DNA from: an uncultured Candidatus Saccharibacteria bacterium
Lineage (GTDB): Bacteria > Patescibacteriota > Minisyncoccia > Phycocordibacterales > WO2-35-19
Assembly: GCA_964534305.1 (NCBI GenBank)
Contig: CAZHPR010000001.1
Coordinates: forward strand, 26,944-90,943
Direction of reading: 5' to 3'
DNA: 64,000 nucleotides
A model generated the notes under the pieces. The model saw only the letters and a list, made by a program, of their open reading frames with translations. It ran no database searches and was not told the origin of the DNA. The number at the start of each line of letters is the position of its first letter. Position 1 is the first letter of the stretch. A program made the translations under genes and the position numbers. Shown in pieces: positions 17,653-27,540 of this stretch.

Positions 17653-18243
17653 TTACAGGTTTATTTTTTCTAATATCTCCCTATGCACATCTTCTATTGG
17701 TTGTTCACCATTTATTTCTACAAATTTGTAGTAAGGATTTGATTTAAAATGTTCTAGCGCAGGCTTTACACTCTTTTCGTACCATTCCATTCTTCTTTTT
17801 ATCTCTTCTGATTTATCATCCACCCTCCCCCTCTCCTCAAGCCTTTCAGTTGCCCATTCTGGGGAAACAAGAATTGAGATTATAGTAGGATTCTCTCTCT
17901 TATAAAACTGGAGCGCCGTATCCAAGATCCAAGCCTCATGCACCTTCCTTGATATACCATCTATTACCAAATGCTCACTCCCCGTCATATTATCAACAAA
18001 GAATTGTGACCAAAGCCATATCGGAAGAAATTCTGGCATAAGCCCGCCCGAATCAATAACCTCCTTGGTTTTCTTTGCAGAAAAAGAATCCTGTTTTGCA
18101 AATTCTCGTAGTTTGCCTCCAGTTTCTAGGTACAAAACTTTCTTTTCTGGATCAACTTGCTCTAACTTTTCTATAAGCAATTTTGCCTGTGTACCCTTAC
18201 CAGAACCAGAAGGACCAAAAAATATAAATGTTTGAGGATTCAT
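17653..18243 (-). CDS. adk: Adenylate kinase
   Basis: P-loop GPSGSGKGTQ. Confidence 0.9.
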   Translation of the reverse strand: MNPQTFIFFGPSGSGKGTQAKLLIEKLEQVDPEKKVLYLETGGKLREFAKQDSFSAKKTKEVIDSGGLMPEFLPIWLWSQFFVDNMTGSEHLVIDGISRKVHEAWILDTALQFYKRENPTIISILVSPEWATERLEERGRVDDKSEEIKRRMEWYEKSVKPALEHFKSNPYYKFVEINGEQPIEDVHREILEKINL

Positions 18244-18338
18244 AATTTTAGATTTAAGATTTATAAAGTAAGAATAATAGGAAAGGTAGTTGATAGCAAG
18301 CCCAGAATTTTCTTAAATCTAGATTCTTGAATCTGCCC

Positions 18339-19610
18339 CTAGTATTCCCTAGCAGAAATCTGAGCGTCCAATTTTTTGAGTAGATCAATGACGACTGAAA
18401 CAACGATCAAGAGACCAGTTCCACCGATGGCCACAGCGTTAATACCGGTGAGCGCTTGTATCACAAGCGGCAAGACAGCAATAAGTCCCAAGAAGAGCGC
18501 CCCGATAAGAGTCAGTCTAAAAAGTATTTTAGCAATATGAGAAGACGTAGAAGGCCCTGGTCTTACACCGGGTATAAAGGCACCACTTCTTTGCAAATTC
18601 TTCGATATAGAATCTGGATCAAATGTAACAGCCGTATAGAAATAAGTGAATACAAACACCAACAGGAAGTAAGCTATCGCATAAAATAGCTGATCAGAAA
18701 GGAAAGACAGTATAGATGAAGAGACCTTTTGTATCAGAGCGTTACTAGAGTTTGCCAAGAATCTTACAATCATTTGTGGGAAAAGTAGGATAGAAAGAGC
18801 AAAGATTATCGGCATCACACCAGCCTGATTTACACGTAGTGGCAAGTATGTTGATACTCCACCATAAACCTTGTTACCCCTTACCTGCTTTGCATAGGTA
18901 ACTGGTATCGGCCTCTCTGCCTCTGTTATAACAACCACACCCCAGATAACCAAAACCGCAGCCGCAATAAATCCAAGATAAGAAGGGAGCATCGAGACAT
19001 CAAACGAAAGGAGTAGCCTACTAACAGCAGACGGTAGCGCAGAGACTATACCAGCAAATATGATGAGCGAAACACCGTTACCGATACCAAACTCAGTTAT
19101 AAGCTCTCCAAGCCACATAAGAAGAAGTGAACCGGCTGATATTACTATTAGGTTTGTAGCAAGTTCAAAAGTAGAAAGTCTTGCAAGTATTCCCTGGTTC
19201 TGAAGAAGGACTATAAAGCTGAAGCCCTGTATCAGAGCAAGTGGTACGGTGAGCAATCTTGAGTACTGAGTAAACTTCCTTCTACCAACCTCCCCGTCTT
19301 CTTGATACATCTCTTTTAGTCTTGGGAACATAACGGTAAGCAGCTGCATTATGATTGAAGCAGTAATATAAGGAGAAACACCGAGCATTATTATGGAAAG
19401 ATTTGATAAGCCACCTCCAGAAAATATGTTTAGCAGACCGAAGAAATCATTACCAGATATAAACTGTTCTAGACGGATTGGATCAATGCCTGGTATAGGT
19501 ATAACAGCCATAACACGAAAGATAGCAAGAACAACCAGAGTAAAGATTATTCTGTTTCTCAAAACACTATCCCCCCAAACGAGCTTTATTTTGTGAAAGA
19601 AAGAATTCAT
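18339..19610 (-). CDS. secY: Preprotein translocase subunit SecY
   Basis: Ten TM helices, SecY signature, and position after rplO. Confidence 0.9.
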   Translation of the reverse strand: MNSFFHKIKLVWGDSVLRNRIIFTLVVLAIFRVMAVIPIPGIDPIRLEQFISGNDFFGLLNIFSGGGLSNLSIIMLGVSPYITASIIMQLLTVMFPRLKEMYQEDGEVGRRKFTQYSRLLTVPLALIQGFSFIVLLQNQGILARLSTFELATNLIVISAGSLLLMWLGELITEFGIGNGVSLIIFAGIVSALPSAVSRLLLSFDVSMLPSYLGFIAAAVLVIWGVVVITEAERPIPVTYAKQVRGNKVYGGVSTYLPLRVNQAGVMPIIFALSILLFPQMIVRFLANSSNALIQKVSSSILSFLSDQLFYAIAYFLLVFVFTYFYTAVTFDPDSISKNLQRSGAFIPGVRPGPSTSSHIAKILFRLTLIGALFLGLIAVLPLVIQALTGINAVAIGGTGLLIVVSVVIDLLKKLDAQISAREY

Positions 19611-19626
19611 TTATTTTTTAAGAGTA

Positions 19627-20067
19627 CTACTCTATATTACCACCTAGGGCAATTATTGCCTTGCTTGCACCCTCAGAAACCAAAACGCCTTTTATAGTAA
19701 GCTTCTTTTTAAGCTCACCACTTGCAAGTATTTTTATAGTAGGGTTCTTGCCACTCACTGTAGTTATAAGACCTTTTTCAGTTAGAGTCTTTGGAGAAAC
19801 AACATCACCCGCCGAAAAATTCTTCTCCAAGAGAGAAAGGTTTATAGCGACATTGTCCTTCTGTATAGATTTTAGAGAATTCTTACCTCTACCTCTTAGC
19901 TTTGGTATTCGCTTTATGATATCTCTGAGTTCTGGTCTCTTTTTTCTTCCGCTTCTTGCGTTTTGTCCCTTTGTCCCTCTACCAGAAGTTTTGCCCTTAA
20001 CACCGCCGCGACCGACTCTCATCTTTTTCTTATTTGCTTTATTCTTTTTTAGATTATTTAACTGCAT
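19627..20067 (-). CDS. rplO: 50S ribosomal protein L15
   Basis: …RVGRGGVKGKTSGRG… signature. Confidence 0.9.
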   Translation of the reverse strand: MQLNNLKKNKANKKKMRVGRGGVKGKTSGRGTKGQNARSGRKKRPELRDIIKRIPKLRGRGKNSLKSIQKDNVAINLSLLEKNFSAGDVVSPKTLTEKGLITTVSGKNPTIKILASGELKKKLTIKGVLVSEGASKAIIALGGNIE

Positions 20068-20076
20068 ATTTTTGTT

Positions 20077-20682
20077 TTATGCTCTTATCTTTGCAAGCGC
20101 TTTTATTGTTGCTCTTGCTATGTTTAGCTTGTTTTTTGATCTAGAAAGTATCTTGGTTGATACCTCTTTCACCCCAGCAAGCTCCAAGACTGTCCTCACA
20201 GAACTTCCAGCAACAACTCCTTTACCTGGAGCTGGCATTATAACAACACTTGAGCTTGAGTACTTTGCTTCCACCTGATGAGGTATAGAAGATTTTTTGT
20301 TTAGGTTTATTTGGACCATGTTCTTCTTTGCATCCCTAACCGCTTTTTCTACTGCGATTGGAGTGTCTCCTGCCTTGCCAAGACCAACTCCGACCCGACC
20401 CTTTCTGTCTCCCACCACGATAGCCGCACTAAAGCTAAACCTTCTTCCTCCTGATACCACTCTGGTCACTCTCCTGATGCTTATAAGTTTGTTGTCAAAC
20501 TCCTGTCTTACTTTTTCTGGTCTCCTAGATGGCTTTCTCTCATTCTTTCTCTTTTCAAATCTTTTTTTGCCAGAAACAGCTGTGTTTTCTGAAACATTTT
20601 CTTCAGATACAGAATCAACAACCGGAGATTCATCGATTACTCCTTCATCAACTTTTATTTCTTTTTCGTTTAGATCTGACAT
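20077..20682 (-). CDS. rpsE: 30S ribosomal protein S5 with an acidic N-terminal extension of about 60 aa
   Basis: …RVTRVVSGGRRFSF… S5 core. Only 9 bp separate it from rplO, leaving no room for an rpmD (L30) gene. Confidence 0.9.
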   Translation of the reverse strand: MSDLNEKEIKVDEGVIDESPVVDSVSEENVSENTAVSGKKRFEKRKNERKPSRRPEKVRQEFDNKLISIRRVTRVVSGGRRFSFSAAIVVGDRKGRVGVGLGKAGDTPIAVEKAVRDAKKNMVQINLNKKSSIPHQVEAKYSSSSVVIMPAPGKGVVAGSSVRTVLELAGVKEVSTKILSRSKNKLNIARATIKALAKIRA

Positions 20683-20694
20683 ATATTATTTTTA

Positions 20695-21042
20695 TTAAAA
20701 CTTAAGACCGGCTTCTCTTGCACCATCTGCCATAGAAGCAATCGATCCAGTATACAAATATCCACCCCTATCAAAGACTGCTACCTCTATACCTTTTGAT
20801 TTTGCAATTTCTGCTATTTTTTTGCCTGCCTCAAAGGCTCTTTCTTTATTTGTTTTTGCTTTACTTCCCTTTGTGGTAGCAAAAGCAAGAGTTTCGCCCT
20901 TTGTATCGTCTACAAGCTGAGCATTTACGTACTTGTTTGATCTAAATACAGAGAATCTAGGTTTAACAGAAGTACCAAAAACCTTAGCTCTGATTCGCTT
21001 CCTTCTCCTGTCTCTTTGATTTTTTTTGATTTTGGTATCCAT
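20695..21042 (-). CDS. rplR: 50S ribosomal protein L18
   Basis: L18 family sequence and conserved order. Confidence 0.9.
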   Translation of the reverse strand: MDTKIKKNQRDRRRKRIRAKVFGTSVKPRFSVFRSNKYVNAQLVDDTKGETLAFATTKGSKAKTNKERAFEAGKKIAEIAKSKGIEVAVFDRGGYLYTGSIASMADGAREAGLKF

Positions 21043-21063
21043 GTTCTTTAGTAATTAGAAATT

Positions 21064-21597
21064 TTATACACTCTTCTTACCTTCCTTTCTTCTGATAACT
21101 TCTCCCTCGTATCTAAATCCTTTGCCTTTGTAAGGTTCTGGCTTCTTGAGGCTTCTTACCTTAGCTGCAAAGCTTCCGACATCCTCCTTATTGATACCTG
21201 TTATTGTTATTATATTCTTTTCAGCGGTAGCGGTTATACCATCAGGGATTGCGACCTCAACAAGATGTGAGAATCCTAGCGCTAATACCAGTTTGTTTGC
21301 CTTGACCTCTGACTTGAAACCAACACCCTCAAGGATAAGTTTTTTCTGAAATGGAGTGTTTACACCCTGTATCATATTTTTGATATGAGAAGCATATGTT
21401 CCCCAGAGAGCGGCGTTTTGCTTGTTTTCTTTTTCTGGCAAGAAAGAGATGTGGCTACCATCAATAGTTATCTTTATTCCCGGTCTAAAAAGTCTCTCTA
21501 GAGACCCCTTTGGCCCCTTTACTGTAACAAAATTATTAGCAACAGTTACTTCTGTGTTTGCTGGTATGTCTATTCCTTTTTTACCAATTCTACTCAT
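21064..21597 (-). CDS. rplF: 50S ribosomal protein L6
   Basis: L6 family sequence and conserved order. Confidence 0.9.
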   Translation of the reverse strand: MSRIGKKGIDIPANTEVTVANNFVTVKGPKGSLERLFRPGIKITIDGSHISFLPEKENKQNAALWGTYASHIKNMIQGVNTPFQKKLILEGVGFKSEVKANKLVLALGFSHLVEVAIPDGITATAEKNIITITGINKEDVGSFAAKVRSLKKPEPYKGKGFRYEGEVIRRKEGKKSV

Positions 21598-21639
21598 TTT
21601 ATTTGTTATGATTTTTGTGTATTCGTGTGATTTGTAGGT

Positions 21640-22035
21640 TTACCATATATTAAACAGAACTTCTCCACCCAGATTTTCTTTCTTTGCATCAGCATCAGCC
21701 ATTATGCCTTTCGGAGTAGAGAGTACGTGCATACCATAACCACCTCTATACTTTTTGAGGTTCTTTGCCTTTTCATAAATCCTCTTTGATGGCTTTGATA
21801 TTCTTTTTACGTCTCTTATCTTTGGGCTTCCGTCCTTTTCGTATAAAAGAGTTATGTTTAAGAATTTCAGTGTTTCTCCTTTTGTCTTTTTTGATATAGC
21901 ACCAACAAAACCCTTATTAGAAAGTATTTCTGCTATTGCAGATTTCATTTTTGAAAAAGGCACCGAAACGCTACCTCTACCAGCAGCTCCGGCATTCTTG
22001 ATTCTTATTAAAAAGTCTCCTATTGGATCAGTCAT
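21640..22035 (-). CDS. rpsH: 30S ribosomal protein S8
   Basis: S8 family sequence and conserved order. Confidence 0.9.
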   Translation of the reverse strand: MTDPIGDFLIRIKNAGAAGRGSVSVPFSKMKSAIAEILSNKGFVGAISKKTKGETLKFLNITLLYEKDGSPKIRDVKRISKPSKRIYEKAKNLKKYRGGYGMHVLSTPKGIMADADAKKENLGGEVLFNIW

Positions 22036-22102
22036 ATTTTTCGAGGCAGTTTCGAGTTTGGCTCTGACCCTTCGCTTTGCTCAGGATCTCGCTTCGCTCG
22101 AC

Positions 22103-22288
22103 TTACCAAGATGATTTTTTAACTCCTGGGATTCTTCCTTCGTTTGCAAGTTCCCTGAAGCAGATTCTGCAAAGACCGAAATCTCTGATATAAGCCCTCT
22201 TTCTGCCACATTTGAAGCAGCGATTAACAGCCCTAGTGCTAAACTTAGGCGTTTTTTGGGATCTTGCGATTACTGATTTCTTTGCCAT
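22103..22288 (-). CDS. rpsZ: 30S ribosomal protein S14 type Z (zinc-binding)
   Basis: 61 aa with a C…C…C…C zinc-ribbon ([20 protein letters not shown]). Confidence 0.9.
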   Translation of the reverse strand: MAKKSVIARSQKTPKFSTRAVNRCFKCGRKRAYIRDFGLCRICFRELANEGRIPGVKKSSW

Positions 22289-22419
22289 CTTTACTTTATA
22301 AAATGCCCATACCAGGGCAACCCTAATAACCTATCAGATATATAAAAAAGAGTCAATGGCGTTAATTAAAAATAGGAAACACTCAAATAATATGTTAGTC
22401 TTGCCGGCAGGAGGCTGGA

Positions 22420-22638
22420 ATGAAAAGGCTGCTCGAAGTGATACAGGAAGAAGTAAAGAGGGACCCACTGGGTTATACGGTCAGCTTAGTGACTCTAATA
22501 GCTTGCTTTGCACTGTACCAAGACGTTAGAGGGCTGATGCCTTGGTACCTGTTCGTAGTAGCTTGTATCATTGGTCTTTCTGTGGGTCTTATTCTTGTTG
22601 TATTTGTCATAAAAAAAATACTCGAGAAGACGGACTAA
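22420..22638 (+). CDS. Small two-TM membrane protein (hypothetical)
   Basis: Hydrophobic profile only. Confidence 0.3.
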   Translation: MKRLLEVIQEEVKRDPLGYTVSLVTLIACFALYQDVRGLMPWYLFVVACIIGLSVGLILVVFVIKKILEKTD

Positions 22639-22671
22639 CCACAAAAAGACTGTTCCGCAAACATGACACCT

Positions 22672-22703
22672 GACCCCGCCACGGCGGGGTCATTCCTTAT
22701 TTA
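22672..22703 (+). terminator. Rho-independent terminator
   Basis: GACCCCGCCacgGCGGGGTC followed by ATTCCTTATTT. Confidence 0.65.
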
Positions 22704-22753
22704 TAAATACTTATATAGAAAAAGGTTTGGCACTGTGATAACCTAATTAAGTT

Positions 22754-22843
22754 GGAGACGTGGCTGAGCTGGTCGAAAGCGCCTCACTGCTAACGAGGTA
22801 GGCCCTTTAAAAGGTCTCGAGGGTTCGAATCCCTCCGTCTCCG
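22754..22843 (+). tRNA. tRNA-Ser (anticodon GCU), class II with a long variable arm
   Basis: Manual fold: acceptor GGAGACG/CGTCTCC, anticodon loop CTGCTAA, long variable arm, T-loop GGTTCGAATCC. No encoded CCA. Confidence 0.8.
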
Positions 22844-23026
22844 CAGGAGCCAAAAAGCTAAGAGCTTTTTGGAGGAGCAAGTGCTTTGAATAGCACTTGC
22901 GTGGGGATTCGAAGACCTTTTGAGACTAAAATTGATTTTAAGAAAATTTTAGCCAAAAGGTGTACTGAAACTGTAAGTTTCGAAATTCCTTACACCTTAC
23001 CCAAATTAGTTTGCTATAATAGCCAT

Positions 23027-23311
23027 ATGAAATCAATAATAGGAAGTAAATATTTTGCGCTAGTTGTTGTTGCAATCGTTTTTGTAGCTGGAGCATTTTT
23101 GTACATAAACAACCCCGATCCAGTAGAATATGAGGGTGAAGAAGAGATTGTCTGTACTCAGGATGTGCTCCTATGTCCTGACGGATCTTATGTCGGGAGA
23201 GAAGGTAAAGACTGCCAGTTCAAAGCCTGCCCTCCCCCTCCGGAAGGTACACAGTTTGAAGACGGCACCATAGAGAGTGGAGATAATAATATTTCTATTC
23301 CTGAAAATTAA
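23027..23311 (+). CDS. Small secreted Cys- and Pro-containing protein (hypothetical). Start is probably the internal Met with a signal-like segment
   Basis: MKSIIGSKYFALVVVAIVFVAGAFL followed by Cys-rich acidic sequence. Confidence 0.3.
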   Translation: MKSIIGSKYFALVVVAIVFVAGAFLYINNPDPVEYEGEEEIVCTQDVLLCPDGSYVGREGKDCQFKACPPPPEGTQFEDGTIESGDNNISIPEN

Positions 23312-23696
23312 TTTCAAAAGGATACATCCCCATACTACAAGTCCCTTTGAGGACAGAGACTTTTGGGATACCCAAATCTATTTCTACAACACCAGTGGGT
23401 GGGAGGCTTTGGCTAATATCCATCTTTGGTATCCTAACAGAAGAAGAACAGTCAAAGGTGTTCTTGGTTTCCATCTTTAATATGGTAGGAATGCCAGCCT
23501 TGGCATAAGTTTTTCTAGGACTAAACCCTCCTTTTGCTTTTATTTCTATAATTTGTTTACCTTGATCAACAAAAACGTTTTGAACAGGCTCATTATATTC
23601 CGATGTTTTGTTATTTGGATCACCCCCAGAACTTAAAATAAAATACGCAAGCAAAGAAAACACAGAAAGCATTATAATTAGAGTAGATATTTTCAT
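23295..23696 (-). CDS. Cupredoxin-like secreted protein, probably copper binding
   Basis: Signal peptide and a C…C.MGM motif (GTCSMGMY). It sits next to a copper ATPase module. Confidence 0.45.
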   Translation of the reverse strand: MKISTLIIMLSVFSLLAYFILSSGGDPNNKTSEYNEPVQNVFVDQGKQIIEIKAKGGFSPRKTYAKAGIPTILKMETKNTFDCSSSVRIPKMDISQSLPPTGVVEIDLGIPKVSVLKGTCSMGMYPFEINFQE

Positions 23697-23717
23697 CTTG
23701 GTATTATAATAATTTGA

Positions 23718-24749
23718 TTAAAAATTAAAAACTGGAGGCAAGAGATCTATAACGACCAGACTATTTATTATATTGAATATAGAAAACAAGATAACAATAA
23801 TCCCAGCGGTCTTGAAAAACACTCCTTTCTTTGAATTGTTTTTTATACTAAAAGAACTAAAGCTTACAAGAGCCAGTATCGGTAAAGTACCCAGAGCAAA
23901 AATAAGCATAGTGAGGCCCCCCTTTAAGAAACTCGCGGTGGTTAGGGTGTAAAATTGCATTGACTGAGTAAAACCGCAGGGCAAGAAGAATGTGGCAATA
24001 CCTAAGATTATAGGAGTCACAGAGTGATTATAATTTGAAATATTGTGCGCATATTTACCTACTGATTTTGGGATAGATAATTGTAGTTTTTTTGCCCAAG
24101 GAAATACCTCAAGAAGATTTATACCGAGAATAAGCATAACTAACCCGACCAATAAGCTGAGTAAAAATGTTGCAAACGGAGAAAGTGTAAAGGCTGAACC
24201 AAGCATACCAATAACCCCACCGAGAAAAAAGAAAGAGACAATTCTACCTATATGGAACATCAACTGTGGTTTTAGGCTGTTTTGTTCTTTTGCAAATGTT
24301 GCTGACACAGAAAGCAGAAGTCCGCCCACAACAGCCATACAAGAAGATAGTGAAGCGACAATACCGATAGCAAATACCGTGCCATAACCAACGTTAGAAG
24401 CATCTACAAAATTTACAATACCCACCTTTTGAAGAAAAATAAAAAGGAAAGCAAAAAGAAGTGCAAACGGAACTGCCAACTTAAACTCTGACCAATTTGC
24501 CTTTTTGAGCTCCTTTTCTACGGATAATTTATAACCATAACCCTCTATAAGAGCAGAGAGTTTTTCTGCAACACTAGATGGCGAGAGGTTACCAAAATCT
24601 CCAGAAACTTCGAGCGTATTTGAGGAAAGATTTGCTTCAGCCCGATTTACAGCCGGAGACTCCTTTGTTTTACTTTCTATAAGTACTACACAAGAAGCAC
24701 AGTGCATCCCATGAACATGAAATATATATTTTTTATTTTTTTCTTGCAT
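23718..24749 (-). CDS. HMA-domain (MxCxxC) protein fused to a polytopic membrane domain (DsbD_2/TauE-like); putative heavy-metal transporter
   Basis: N-terminal GMHCASCVVLIE heavy-metal-associated motif, about 8 TM helices, conserved Cys in the membrane part. Confidence 0.55.
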   Translation of the reverse strand: MQEKNKKYIFHVHGMHCASCVVLIESKTKESPAVNRAEANLSSNTLEVSGDFGNLSPSSVAEKLSALIEGYGYKLSVEKELKKANWSEFKLAVPFALLFAFLFIFLQKVGIVNFVDASNVGYGTVFAIGIVASLSSCMAVVGGLLLSVSATFAKEQNSLKPQLMFHIGRIVSFFFLGGVIGMLGSAFTLSPFATFLLSLLVGLVMLILGINLLEVFPWAKKLQLSIPKSVGKYAHNISNYNHSVTPIILGIATFFLPCGFTQSMQFYTLTTASFLKGGLTMLIFALGTLPILALVSFSSFSIKNNSKKGVFFKTAGIIVILFSIFNIINSLVVIDLLPPVFNF

Positions 24750-24755
24750 ATAATT

Positions 24756-27071
24756 TTAATTTAATTTTTTTGTTTTTATTCTAAGAGAATTGACCACCAC
24801 AGAAACACTTGAAAGAGCCATCGCAAACCCAGCAAATACAGGACTAAGCAACCAACCAAAGATCGGATAGAACACTCCCGCCGCAAGAGGGATCCCTACA
24901 ATATTGTAGATAAAGGCCCAAAAAAGATTTTGTTTTATACCCCGCATCGTTATCTTTGAAAGTTTTATTGATTTTACCAACTTTGATATATCGCCATGCA
25001 AAAGAGTTATCCCTGCTGACTCTATTGCAACATCAGTACCAGTGCCCATAGCAATTCCGATATCAGCCTGAGCCAGGGCCGGTGCATCGTTTACTCCATC
25101 CCCTGCCATGGCAACTATCCTACCCTCAGATTGAAGCTCTTTTATTTTTGATAATTTATCTTGAGGCAAAACGTTTGCAACAACCTGATCAATACCGACA
25201 CTTGAAGCGATATACTCCGCCGTCTTCTTATCATCTCCGGTAAGCATAACCACCTTTATTCCAATTTTGTGGAGATCCTTTATTGCGTCTTTTGATTCTG
25301 GTTTGACCTTGTCTGCAACCATCACAAAACCCAATAATTTCTCTTTGGTAGCAAACAAAACTGGAGTCTTACCTTGCTCTGTAAAAGCTTCCAGATCTGG
25401 TAAGTCAAGGTTTGTGAGTAAACTCTTTACAAACCTGACACTACCAACATAATAATCAACGCCTTCAATATTCGCCTTGACACCCTTTCCTTCAATATTC
25501 TCAAAATTAGATACTTCTTTTACTTCTAAACAAGTCTCTCCTGCATAGTTTACAATTGCATTAGCAATTGGATGTTCTGATTTTTTCTCAATAGAAGCAA
25601 TCAATGATACGAATTTATCATCTTCCAAATCAGATAAATTTTTTGTATCAACAACAACCGGCTTTCCCAAAGTGATTGTCCCTGTTTTATCAACAACAAC
25701 AGTATCAACTTTATGAAGCTTTTGGAGTGTAGTGGCATCTTTGATCAGAATACCCTCCCTAGCTCCCTTACCCACCCCGACAATTATGGCAGTTGGTGTC
25801 GCAAGACCAAGCGCACAAGGACAAGCAATAACAAGGACACTAACAAAAGAAACAACTCCGAAAGAAAAGGCTTGTGAAAAACCAAGATATTGTGTGCCCA
25901 ACAAAATCCAAACCGCCAAAGAAAGAGTAGCGATAACCAACACAGTAGGTACAAAAACGCTAGATATCTTGTCTGCAAGGGCCTGAATCGGTGCCCTACT
26001 ACCCTGGGCATTTTCTACCATCGTTATTATCTGAGAAAGAAGAGTTTCTTTTCCTATCTTTGTTGCTTTAAAAATAAAATGGCCATTAGTATTTAGCGTG
26101 CCGGAGACAACACTGTCTCCAACATTTTTTTCTATTGGTATTGGCTCTCCTGTAACCATTGATTCGTCAACAAAAGAATGGCCCTCCACAATATTTCCAT
26201 CAACTGGTATCTTTGCTCCTGGCTTTACTACGATACTATCACCAAGAATTACTTCGTTTATAGAAACTTCTTTTTCTTGGCCATCACGGACAACAATAGC
26301 GGTTTTTGCTTGAAGATTTAGGAGTTTTTCTATAGCATCTCCAGTTTTTAACTTTGATCTAGCTTCAAGATATTTTCCGAGAGTTATAAAAGTTATAACC
26401 ACAATTGTTATGTCATAATAAGTATATTCAACGTTTAAAAAAGGCCTCAAAGTTTCTTCAAAAGCTGAGACGACAAAACTGTAAACATAAGCTGTTAGTG
26501 TTCCTATGCCAATTAAAGTGTCCATATTCGCCTTGCCATAACGCAAAAAACGGTAAATACCAACAAGATATGGTTTACCGACTACAAAAAGAATATAGGT
26601 AGCTATAACCGGCAATAGATGATGAAAAAATTCACTTAAGACATCCCCCATCATTGGAACAAGTTCGTATTTTGATAGAATCTCCCAAAACATTATAAAA
26701 ACAGCAATAATACTTAGAAAAACTGAGGAAAAAACTTTGGATCTCATTTCTTCTATCTCTTTAATTTTTTCTGCCTTTGATTGGTTTAGTCCGAGGTGTT
26801 TTGCATGCTCTTCTTCGCTCATACCTGCCTGTGCAGACAGGCCCATATCTTCGGCACTCTGCCCATAAAGAGAATAGCCCAGCGGCTCTATTTTTTTAGA
26901 GAGTTGCAAGAGATCTACTTTTTTGTGATCAAAAGAAATTTTTGCACTTTCTGTCGCATAATTAACCTCAGCCGAATTTACACCAGAAGTTTTTTTGAGA
27001 GTATCTTCTATTATGCTTGCACAAGAAGCGCAGTGCATACCTTTTACTTTATAAGTTTTTTGGTTATCCAT
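24756..27071 (-). CDS. copA: Copper-translocating P1B-type ATPase
   Basis: N-terminal HMA domain ([12 protein letters not shown]), CPC motif in TM6 ([11 protein letters not shown]), DKTGTIT phosphorylation site, [10 protein letters not shown]. Confidence 0.9.
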   Translation of the reverse strand: MDNQKTYKVKGMHCASCASIIEDTLKKTSGVNSAEVNYATESAKISFDHKKVDLLQLSKKIEPLGYSLYGQSAEDMGLSAQAGMSEEEHAKHLGLNQSKAEKIKEIEEMRSKVFSSVFLSIIAVFIMFWEILSKYELVPMMGDVLSEFFHHLLPVIATYILFVVGKPYLVGIYRFLRYGKANMDTLIGIGTLTAYVYSFVVSAFEETLRPFLNVEYTYYDITIVVITFITLGKYLEARSKLKTGDAIEKLLNLQAKTAIVVRDGQEKEVSINEVILGDSIVVKPGAKIPVDGNIVEGHSFVDESMVTGEPIPIEKNVGDSVVSGTLNTNGHFIFKATKIGKETLLSQIITMVENAQGSRAPIQALADKISSVFVPTVLVIATLSLAVWILLGTQYLGFSQAFSFGVVSFVSVLVIACPCALGLATPTAIIVGVGKGAREGILIKDATTLQKLHKVDTVVVDKTGTITLGKPVVVDTKNLSDLEDDKFVSLIASIEKKSEHPIANAIVNYAGETCLEVKEVSNFENIEGKGVKANIEGVDYYVGSVRFVKSLLTNLDLPDLEAFTEQGKTPVLFATKEKLLGFVMVADKVKPESKDAIKDLHKIGIKVVMLTGDDKKTAEYIASSVGIDQVVANVLPQDKLSKIKELQSEGRIVAMAGDGVNDAPALAQADIGIAMGTGTDVAIESAGITLLHGDISKLVKSIKLSKITMRGIKQNLFWAFIYNIVGIPLAAGVFYPIFGWLLSPVFAGFAMALSSVSVVVNSLRIKTKKLN

Positions 27072-27091
27072 TTTAAAAAATTATCTTGTAA

Positions 27092-27358
27092 TTAACTTAC
27101 CTTCTTTAGACGATAGACTTCTAATATCTCTTTTGTTGCCTTAGAGCTATCACCCTTTTTTATCTGTGGAATAACACAAGAATTGAGATGGTTTTCCATA
27201 ATCGCGTCTTCTATCGCAGAGAGAGCTCTTCTGGCAGCGGATGATTGGGTGATTATATCTACACAATAAACACCTTTTTCGGTCATATCTTGGAGACCTC
27301 TTATCTGGCCTTCTATTATCTTTAGTCTGCGCATTATCCTTGATTTTGGTGTGATCAT
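27092..27358 (-). CDS. csoR: CsoR/RcnR-family metal-sensing transcriptional repressor
   Basis: DUF156-type sequence with the conserved C…H…C ligand pattern (…VYCVDIITQ…NHLNSC…). Confidence 0.8.
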   Translation of the reverse strand: MITPKSRIMRRLKIIEGQIRGLQDMTEKGVYCVDIITQSSAARRALSAIEDAIMENHLNSCVIPQIKKGDSSKATKEILEVYRLKKVS

Positions 27359-27375
27359 AATACTTTTTATATTTT

Positions 27376-27424
27376 AATCTTTAATCTTTAATCTTTAATC
27401 TTTAATTTTTAATTTTTAATTTTT
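27376..27424. repeat. Heptanucleotide tandem repeat (AATCTTT)x4 followed by (AATTTTT)x3 in the csoR/recG divergent intergenic region
   Basis: Direct reading. Period 7, seven units. Confidence 0.85.
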
Positions 27425-27457
27425 ATTTCTAATCTCTAATTTCGTATTTTATATATT

Positions 27458-27474
27458 ATACCCCCTGGGGGTAT
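27458..27474. promoter_or_regulatory. Candidate CsoR operator: perfect G+C-rich palindrome ATACCCCC-T-GGGGGTAT
   Basis: Resembles the TACCC…GGGTA pseudo-palindromes bound by CsoR-family repressors. About 100 bp upstream of csoR. Confidence 0.55.
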
Positions 27475-27540
27475 TGTCAACAAGGAGGTGTTTATAAGCC
27501 TGTATCAAACAAATCAATTGTTATACTATTCTTTATACGT

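Noticed and set aside
27376-27424. CRISPR array
   Set aside because: The only tandem repeat has a 7-bp period without spacers. No CRISPR-like repeat-spacer structure or cas genes occur anywhere in the window.
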